Positions 36,453 to 43,891 of a stretch of DNA of 43,891 nt are shown here, piece after piece. The stretch covers positions 20,634,592 through 20,678,482 of the forward strand of contig NC_068998.1 in assembly GCF_001194135.2 (NCBI RefSeq). Reading direction: 5' to 3'. The position numbers and the translations under genes were made by a program. Under the pieces are notes generated by a model that saw only the letters and a list, made by a program, of their open reading frames with translations, ran no database searches and had not been told where the DNA came from. Position 1 is the stretch's first letter, and each line of letters begins with the position of its first letter. The DNA is from Octopus bimaculoides. Lineage: Eukaryota.

Positions 36453-36539
36453 ACCAACAAACAAGATGAGGACAAATATCCGTCAAATGTAAATAATGTA
36501 CATATTTCTTCATCTCTTAAATATAGAACTGTATGTACA

Positions 36540-37030
36540 CAGGGTGTTCAGGCTAAATTTGATAGTTTGCATAAAAAGAAATGAAAACAATATCCTGTCC
36601 AAAAATAAAAGTATTTTAAAAATCAAAAAGTATCAACTAGATAAAAGATGGTTCTGGAACATGGCACATCTGTTTCTCACTGTGTCCCTGGGAAGATCTT
36701 CAAACACCTTCTTGCTTTTGGCCACCAGCTTGGCTTTGGTGTTGCAGGCAAAGTGGTTGGTGTGCTTCTCAACTGCATCACCCACATATAGTAATCCACT
36801 TGGAGGAATTAAGAAGCCAGAAATTCGGGCTGGTGAAGTCCTAGAAATTCTTTGACAACAACTTTTGAGTCTTTCTGGAGGTGTGGCAGGGAACCAAATC
36901 GTACTGCCACATATATGGCCTTCCAGTAGCAATCCTCTCCAGTTAAGGTTTGACCACAGTCTCCTGTAGTTTCACACAGCCATCTGAATTGAGCCTAATG
37001 TCCTGTTCAAAGATGTGGAGAGGAATTCCA
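36540..37030 (-). mobile_element. Tc1/mariner-superfamily (maT/DD37D-like) transposase C-terminal fragment with terminal repeat
   Basis: PHIFEQDIRLNSDG...VVKP*LERIATGRPYMWQYD.VPCHTSRKTQ...SPNFW...AVEKHTN...CNTKAKLVAK...FEDLPRDTVRN across stops and frameshifts; CAGGGTG terminus at 36540. Confidence 0.8.
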
Positions 37031-37504
37031 GTGTGTGGAAGCAGTCAGAGTCACTAGTGTAGCTGGTGTGTGTGTGTGTGTGTGGAGGGGGGGAGTCTGC
37101 CTAGGGTGGCACTTTTGGGTCTGCTGTAGGCAATATGTGTTTTTAGTGGGATCCGGGGGTGGCAAATGGAAGAGCTGCCCCTGGCGGAACACACTTTAGC
37201 TATGCTAGTTTGTTTACATTGAGCAGTAGTCATGATGTTGGCATTTTGACACCCAGCACAAATCATTAATGATACAGGTAACTCTTTTCCAGTATTCAGA
37301 TGGCTTCTGGTCCTTCATGTTAGCTAACTTTTTCTCAACTACAACTTTAATCAGAAACTATTTAGAAGCTTGTCATATGTAGATGCGTGTATGTGTATGT
37401 GTGTGTATATGTGTATGTGTTTGTATGTGTGTGTGTGTGTTTGTATGAGCATGTATTTGTATGTTGTGTGTTTATTTATATGTGTATGTGTGTATGTTTG
37501 TGTG

Positions 37505-38150
37505 TGTGTATGTGTGTGTCTGTGTGCCTTTCCTTACTTGGTAACTGGTGTCAGTAGATAGGTTTACATCCTCATAACTTCGTGGGTTCAGCAAAAAGAG
37601 ATTGATAGAATAAATATCAGGCTTACAAAAAGTACTGTGGTTGATGTGACCAACTAAAACACTTCAAGGCACTTCATGTGACCCCTACATGACTGCTTGA
37701 TGTGAGCCCCACATGTCCATTTTATGTGCCCCCCACATGACCGTTTCATGTGCCCCCACATATGACCACTGCATGTACCCCCCACATGACCACTTCATGT
37801 GCCCCCCATATGACCACTTCATATGACCCCCCACATGACCATTGCATGTACTCCCCCACATGACCACTTCATCTGCTCCCACATGACCACTGCATGTTCC
37901 CCCCACATAACCACTGCATGTGCTCCCCACATGACCACTTCATGTTCCCCCCACATGACCATTTCATGTGCCTCCCACATGACCACTTTGTGTGCCTCCA
38001 CATGACCACTTCGTGTGACCCCCCTCCACATGACCACTTTGTGTGTCCCTTACATGACCACTTCATGTGCTTCCAACATAACCACTTCATGTACCCCCTG
38101 CCATTTGACCACTGCCCCATGACTGAAACTAGTGAAAGACTAAAAGAGTA
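37505..38150 (+). mobile_element. SINE family A 3' half carrying a minisatellite
   Basis: gtgtcagtagataggtttacatcc...aaaacacttcaaggc-[array]-atgactgaaactagtgaaag. Confidence 0.75.
37671..38100 (+). repeat. ~21-bp minisatellite (CCCCCACATGACCACTTCATGTG), about 20 diverged units
   Basis: Seen directly; no unique spacers. Confidence 0.9.
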
Positions 38151-38232
38151 GTTACTGTACTTATTTATTCATTGTCAACTGGAATTCAGATGTTTTTGCA
38201 TGTTTTTTTTGTTTGTTGTTTTATCACTTCAG

Positions 38233-38445
38233 AATAATGAATTATCCTAACCGTATTCTTTCTGTATCTCATCCCAAAATAGCTTTGTCTTCTTTAATAA
38301 GGAAGCGTTGGTTGGCTTCTTCTCAAAAGGGTTCAGGAATCCAAACTCAGAATCTTGCGATAACAGAAGTCTAACAGTGCAAATTATATATTTATAGTCT
38401 CTATTGACTGTGTCCTCACCACAACCAATTAAAATAAAAATGCAA
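38233..38445 (+). other. Candidate exon with a 45-codon ORF (MNYPNRILSVSHPKIALSSLIRKRWLASSQKGSGIQTQNLAITEV*)
   Basis: Strong acceptor TTTTGTTTGTTGTTTTATCACTTCAG at 38232, ATG at 38237, TAA at 38372-38374, AATAAA ~65 nt downstream. Confidence 0.35.
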
Positions 38446-38799
38446 AAAAGAAAAAAAAAATGGAATTTATATTTATTTACAGCGTGTTATTTTGTGGTGA
38501 GAGGTCATTGCACTTTAATTAAAAATATCAATGATTACATGGGAAATCAACAAATGGTTTTATTCTTGCTAGTAAAATTTTAGATAAAGATTATTGTATA
38601 TTATGATATATGAGATTAGCATTATCTAACATTAATACATGTAGTTAAAACATGAGTACAGAAACACTATGTTTCCATCTTTATTTTAAACTGGAAAAAG
38701 GGAGAAAAAAAAAACGTCCCTTTGACTGGTCTCCCTTATTGGTCTTCAGCTATACTCAATAGGTTTACTCAATCATACCAACCTTGGTATTTATTTCAG

Positions 38800-38884
38800 G
38801 TTTGTAATTATTTAATCGGCCTCTATTAATTAAACTACTAAGTTACAGAATGTAAAAGGGACAGCACACTAATTTTTTGGACAG
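38800..38884 (+). other. Candidate non-coding exon (85 nt)
   Basis: TATTTATTTCAG|G acceptor and CAG|GTAAAA donor; stops in all three frames. Confidence 0.35.
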
Positions 38885-39444
38885 GTAAAATTTATTAAAA
38901 CAGATACAGACCCAAACACACATACACACATCAATTGGGAATAGTGGTTAGGACTAGTGTTTATAAGGGTTTGATTTCTGGACTAGACAACACATTGTCT
39001 TCTTGAATAAAGAGCACTTTACATTTAAATCCAGTCTGTTAAGCTGTAATGAGTACAAAGCTGAGTGCTGGTGCAGCTGCTTCTCTCTCAAGCTGTTACA
39101 TCTTTGATGTCACAATGAGTCAAGTGTTGGTATAGCTGTGTGAGTTTTTATTTAATTCTTCCTGTGCAGAAATGTACCTGAGTTGAAATGCACATTCTTA
39201 AACCACAATCCTTCTCTTTACTTAGTAATTCAGTGCTCACTATATCAGCAAATGAACTTATTGAGTCAATGGTGAATGTCACTGGATGCTGAGGAGATGA
39301 ACAGTCAACAGCTGCCAATGGCTAGAATCAACCATTTTAGTTAATGAACTACTGCTTTAATCTCTTGTTGAACAGGTACCTCACTGGTCAGGGGGCCTAA
39401 TTCTGATCTATGATGGCTGTGGTTTGCTATCAATAAAAAAAAAT

Positions 39445-39760
39445 GGCACTCCTTCAGTTATGACAATGAGTGTTCCAGTTGGTATGATCAATGGAACAGC
39501 CTGCTCATGAAATTAACATGCAAGTGGCAGAGTACTCTACAAACATGTCTACCCTTAATGTAGACTTTTTGTGAGATTCAGTGTGATAGAGAATGTGACA
39601 AGGTTGGCCCTTTGAATTATGGGTACCACTCATTTTTACCAGCTGAGTGGACTGGAGTAATGAATGTGAAATAAAGTGACTTGCTCAAGGATGCAATGCA
39701 TCATCAGGAACCAAACTCATGACCTGACAATCATGAGCAAAATACCCTAACCACTAAGCT
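39445..39760 (-). mobile_element. SINE family D-related, degenerate
   Basis: aatggaacagcctgctcatgaaattaac...gacttgctcaagg...ccctaaccactaagc. Confidence 0.7.
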
Positions 39761-40073
39761 AGGGTTTCTCAATCATTTTTATCTATGGACCTCTTTGAAA
39801 TACTGTTTTATTCTGGTGGATCCCCATAATCATTCAATGTTTAAAAACTAATTTTATAGATACTTCTTCCAAAATTCCCATTTTATTTTTCATACTTCAA
39901 CTTGTGAAAGGTGAACAGGAGTGGCTGTGTGGTAAGTAGCTTGCTTACCAACCACATGGTTCCGGGTTCAGTCCTACTGCATGGCACCTTGGGCAAGTGT
40001 CTTCTGCTATAGCCTCGGGCGACCCAAAGCCTTGTGAGTGGATTTGGTAGACAGAAACTGAAAGAAGCCCGTC

Positions 40074-40107
<34 letters not shown>

Positions 40108-40109
<2 letters not shown>

Positions 40110-40300
40110 GAGAATATACAAATAATAACAACAGACGAGGACAGGTGGTGTAAATAACAAAAGTATATATTAGTATGACGCTCGGGAATACGGAAAGTCT
40201 TTGACGTTTCGAGCTACACTCTTCAACAGAAAGAATACGGAGACAAGGAGAAAAACACGGAGAAAAAAAATTGAATAGTGTTCAGTCAACGGTCAATCAT
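40108..40300 (-). mobile_element. Solo PLE terminal-repeat fragment
   Basis: Reverse complement matches 11832-12018 (atgattgaccg...ttctgttgaagag..ctcgaaac...cccgagcgtca...cacctgtc); (TA)n on both sides. Confidence 0.75.
40198..40234 (-). ncRNA. Minimal hammerhead-like motif (CUGUUGA variant, GUC site)
   Basis: TCTTT-CTGTTGA-A-GAG-tgtag-CTC-GAAAC-GTC-AAAGA; perfect stems I and II. Confidence 0.65.
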
Positions 40301-40734
40301 AATATATATATATATATATATATATGCATATGTTTGTGTGTCTGTGTTTGTCCCCCCCAACATCACTTGACAACCGATGGTGGTGTATTTACATCGCTGT
40401 CAGTTAGTGGTTTGGCAAGAGAGACCGATACAATAAGTACTAGGCTTACAAGGAATAAGTCCTGCTCGACTAAAGGTGGTACTCCAGCATGGCTGCAGTC
40501 AAGCGACTGAAACAAATAAAAGAATAAAAGGAAGAATAAAATTAGTGAAAGAAACTGAGCTGTTTCTTGCAATAAACATATCGAAATCAACATTTTTTTA
40601 TGGCCCCTTAAAATACTATTGTGGATCTTAAGCCATGCACCTGTTGCCAATAGATAAATACCTATATGGCTCTGTGCATCGATTTTCCAGGGGGCCTATA
40701 ATGTAGCTGAGACTGCCCTGGATTATGGGGGTTG

Positions 40735-40890
40735 TTGTATTCAATCCCTTTATATTCAGAGTTCAAATCTTGGCAAGGTCTGCTTTGCCTTTCACCCCCT
40801 TGAAGTTGAGAAAATAAAGTATCGGTTAAATACAGGGGTCAATATAGTTTGACTCTAACAACCTTTCCCCCTAAATCTACAGTAATACAC
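40735..40890 (+). mobile_element. SINE family B, degenerate
   Basis: attcagagttcaaatc...ctttgcctttcacc...aaagtatc. Confidence 0.6.
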
Positions 40891-41049
40891 TTTGAGATGT
40901 TGATGGTGGTAGTGGTAGGGAGGGGAAAGGTAATGCTCCTTCTCAACGTTCTCTTTCTCCCCCTCATATTCCTCTTCCTGTTCCTCCTCTTCTCTATGAC
41001 AAATAGCTAAATAAATAAATAATTGAAACAATATACGAATTATTATCAG

Positions 41050-41109
41050 TCCTAAGTCACATGTTTGAAAGCGACAGCCACCAAACTATGTCACTAGAAC
41101 TAGATACAC

Positions 41110-41144
<35 letters not shown>

Positions 41145-41299
41145 CATATATATATATACATACATATATATATATATATACATACACATATACATATATA
41201 TATATATATATACATATATACACACACACACATACATACAAACACATACATACACATGTATATACATACATACACGTTTGTGTGGAATGGTGGTGGTGG

Positions 41300-41335
<36 letters not shown>
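41050..41335 (+). repeat. (TA)n/(TACA)n/(TG)n compound microsatellite
   Basis: Seen directly. Confidence 0.85.
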
Positions 41336-41337
<2 letters not shown>

Positions 41338-41762
41338 GATGTATTGCCTTGAAGGGCTGAGAGATAAATTAACAGAAAAACTGAGAAGAGAAAGAGAGGG
41401 AAGAGGGCAAACTGATAAAGGAACAAATTGAAACTGTGAAAGAGAGGGAGAGAGGGAGAGAGAGAGAGAAAGTGGGAGAAAGTGAGATATATCTGTTATT
41501 ATATATATATATATTACCTGTGAACTGCCATATTTTTGGTAGGGAGCTAGTGATAACTGGATTAAGGTACCTCACACAACAAAACTCTCTACACATACAC
41601 ACATGTACACTGATATTAAGACTACATTTGCATACACACACACATTCACGCATATAAATAGAGAAACACACTTTCACACACATACAAACACACCATAAAG
41701 AATCTCTACCGGAAGAGTAGGGGAGATTAAACTGATGCTGCCTACTTTCATATTTTGTTTAG

Positions 41763-41790
41763 GCACCCTTCATCTGCAAACCTTGGAAAG
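41763..41790 (+). other. Candidate 28-nt micro-exon
   Basis: CTACTTTCATATTTTGTTTAG|GCACCCTTCATCTGCAAACCTTGGAAAG|GTAAGT: near-consensus acceptor and perfect donor; open in all three frames. Confidence 0.55.
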
Positions 41791-42074
41791 GTAAGTAAAC
41801 ACTCCTTACATCATCTCTGTTCTTCTATAGAGATTACATTTATTACATTTGACCTTTTTTAATTAAACACACACACATCATGTGTATGTGTGTATTTGTA
41901 TAGATATATATATATATATACATATATATATGTAAAGAATAAAAAGTTTAGGAAGGTATAACAATGCAATATAGAACAAAAAATGGACTGTATACCTGTT
42001 GTAACTTGGNNNNNNNNNNAATATAGAACAAAAAATGGACTGTATACCTGTTGTAACTTGGTAAACTGTAGTCC

Positions 42075-42110
42075 GATGATATTTCGGAATTAGAATTCCT
42101 TCTTCAAATC
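42075..42110 (-). ncRNA. Minimal hammerhead-like motif (UUGAAGA variant)
   Basis: GAT-TTGAAGA-A-GGAATT(ct)AATTCC-GAAAT-ATC-ATC; palindromic ATAT stem III; 3-bp stem I. Confidence 0.5.
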
Positions 42111-42427
42111 TTAATTTGCTGGAGTCTCTGCTATAAACTGTTTTCCACCGGTTTTTCTTTTTTCTGAAGCGTCTCAGGAGTGGTCTCACGAAGCTTCTTC
42201 CGGAATTCCTCATGAGAAGTGCGTGAGGTTGGCTGTTTCAATCTCGTGTGTGTTGTGTTGATACATCTGTGGCGCTGCTTCTAAGTTATGTGTTATACGT
42301 GCAGCTTCTCTTTTTTTTTCCCTTTTTATTTTATTTTATTTTATTTTATTTTATTTATTTTTTTTTTTTGTTGTAAACAATATATGAGCATGTTATTAAG
42401 AATTAACCTACACACATCCAGATGTAG

Positions 42428-43891
42428 CTAAATAATATATTGATTACCAACTTCCATCCTGTTGTTAATTTGGGGTCCTAGTTTGTGTATGAGTAAAGCT
42501 TCCTTGATTCTTAAATTACCCAAATTTCTTTCATTGGCCTCAATTGTGACTGTTATACTTTTATCAGTGTTCCGGCAACTATCTAGATGTTTTCTGAAGG
42601 AGGAGGCTCTCGTGTTCAGATGTTCTTTGATGTGGACGTGTAATGGTCTTGTTGTGCTACCCACATAGAACTTGTTGTATTTGTTACATTGTATTTTATA
42701 CACAACATTTACCCACTGGCATAAATCTGTGTCATGGATGGAACAATTTGTTAATGTGCATTGATTGTTGTCCCTTATTAGTTTCTTTGCGAGGTGTCCT
42801 CTCAGAGAGGAGCCGGAGTGAGCTAGTTGTATATCTAGCCCTTCTCTTCGTATGGCTCTTCGGATCGCTGTAGTTATCCTCTCGCTAAAATGGGGCATTT
42901 TAAGGAAGCATGTGTTGCTGGGTTTTCTATGTGTTCGGCATATTGGTCGTCTTGGATGCTTAAGCCGATTTACAATGGATCTAGGATATCCGTTGGTTTT
43001 CAATATATCTAGGAAGCGTGTAGTGTGGGTCACCTTGTCCTCCATTCTGCTGCATTTGCCTTGGATGCATGCAAGTTCGTTTCTGGCGTATCCTATTTTG
43101 GCACCGAGTGGAAGTGCTGAATTGTATTGGACAAACATATCTCTACTGACTGCTTTCCTGTAGAACTCAGTGTGGATCTCCCCTTCTTCCGTTATATTCA
43201 GTTTGAAATCAAGTAATGATAGTGATCCAGTGATGTTGGGATGTTCTATAGTGAACTTTATGTTCATGTCCATGTTATTGAACGTTGTGAATATTCTTTC
43301 AGCCTCTTCACGTGAGGTTGTGAGTATGAGGATGTCATCTACGTTCCTGGTGAAGAAGGTGCATGAGCGGCAGATGTTGAGTGCTCGACGTTCTAGATGG
43401 TTCATATATGTGATGGCTAGTAGGCCCGAGAGACTGGATCCCATGGGGAGACCTGTTGTCTGTTTGTATATATGGTCCTGGAAAGTGAAGTAGGTGTTGT
43501 CCACGATGATGGACAAAAGTTGGTGGATATCAGCTGTGGTAAGTCCAAAGCATTCGGTGCTGGACGTTATTATGCAGTCAGTCAATAGGTTGACCGCTGA
43601 GTGTGCTGGTACCGTTGTGTACATTGAGACAACGTCAAAACTAAAGGCATATCTGTTTTGCCTGAGTTGGTCTAGGGGTAATTGGTGTAGACTTTTAATG
43701 ACTTCGTCGGAGTTCTTGACGTGTCCCGGAAAGGTGGAGAGTATAGGTTTCAAGATGTGAGAAAGTAACCAGGATATTTTATATAGAGGTCCTTCTACGC
43801 TGGAGACGATGGGTCTAATCTGGGTCGTGTTGCTATTCTTGTGTGTTTTAATGAGGTGATAAAATCTAGGCAATCTACTGTTCTTTGTGAT
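42428..43891 (-). CDS. PLE RT-GIY-YIG ORF (>487 codons, open at the window edge)
   Basis: PRFYHLIKTHK...RPIVS, SFDVVSMYT, QTTGLPMGS, RNVDD, LSLLD (RT); Cys-rich linker CTLTNCSIH...LC; VVYKIQC..NKFYVGST.R.L..HIKEH...KEALLI (GIY-YIG). No internal stop. Confidence 0.9.
   Translation of the reverse strand: MTKNSRLPRFYHLIKTHKNSNTTQIRPIVSSVEGPLYKISWLLSHILKPILSTFPGHVKNSDEVIKSLHQLPLDQLRQNRYAFSFDVVSMYTTVPAHSAVNLLTDCIITSSTECFGLTTADIHQLLSIIVDNTYFTFQDHIYKQTTGLPMGSSLSGLLAITYMNHLERRALNICRSCTFFTRNVDDILILTTSREEAERIFTTFNNMDMNIKFTIEHPNITGSLSLLDFKLNITEEGEIHTEFYRKAVSRDMFVQYNSALPLGAKIGYARNELACIQGKCSRMEDKVTHTTRFLDILKTNGYPRSIVNRLKHPRRPICRTHRKPSNTCFLKMPHFSERITTAIRRAIRREGLDIQLAHSGSSLRGHLAKKLIRDNNQCTLTNCSIHDTDLCQWVNVVYKIQCNKYNKFYVGSTTRPLHVHIKEHLNTRASSFRKHLDSCRNTDKSITVTIEANERNLGNLRIKEALLIHKLGPQINNRMEVGNQYII

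Larger units (their letters stand above)
35021..36533 (+). mobile_element. 5'-truncated Penelope-like retroelement (RT + GIY-YIG + 3' terminal region)
   Basis: FTKVP...QEEGLGMGSPLSPIIANIYME...WLRYVDDTF (RT), then CVYSIPCSCGRLYKGE...SSIADHVW...KLKEAAHM (GIY-YIG). In-frame stops at 35188-35190 and 35995-35997. Confidence 0.93.
39910..40530 (+). mobile_element. SINE family A interrupted in its (TA)n linker by a PLE terminal fragment
   Basis: Near-consensus head (39910-40075) and tail (40330-40530) flank the insert at 40108-40300. Confidence 0.9.
41930..43891 (-). mobile_element. Penelope-like retroelement, running off the window end
   Basis: RT plus C-terminal GIY-YIG ORF, then a 3' region with a hammerhead-like motif, ending in (TA)n. 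Confidence 0.93.

Noticed and set aside
41057-41683. YI/HT/VC-repeat ORFs (also 14146, 26655, 33724, 37370)
   Set aside because: Translations of dinucleotide microsatellites.

Overview
AT-rich, repeat-dense eukaryotic DNA with nine N-gaps. The SINE, Penelope and microsatellite complement points to a coleoid cephalopod, most likely Octopus (inference). One host gene is clearly readable and is missing from the ORF track: COX7C (cytochrome c oxidase subunit 7C) on the minus strand. It has two coding exons (6304-6209, 2560-2444; 70 aa) and a further intron donor 21 nt after the stop. Its first intron holds a GC-enriched ~280-nt segment that folds like an unusually long box H/ACA RNA, the best novel candidate here. 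The rest is mostly mobile DNA: three Penelope-like element (PLE) remnants plus a solo terminal fragment, four minimal hammerhead motifs (one behind a tRNA-like Pol III promoter, two with a shared CUGUUGA core variant), about 40 tRNA-derived SINE copies of at least four families (two of which spawned minisatellites), a mariner transposase fragment, MITEs and decayed LINEs. Scattered strong splice signals on the + strand (11.1-41.8 kb) suggest a second spliced transcript that I cannot identify. All structures were folded by eye and repeat boundaries are approximate.
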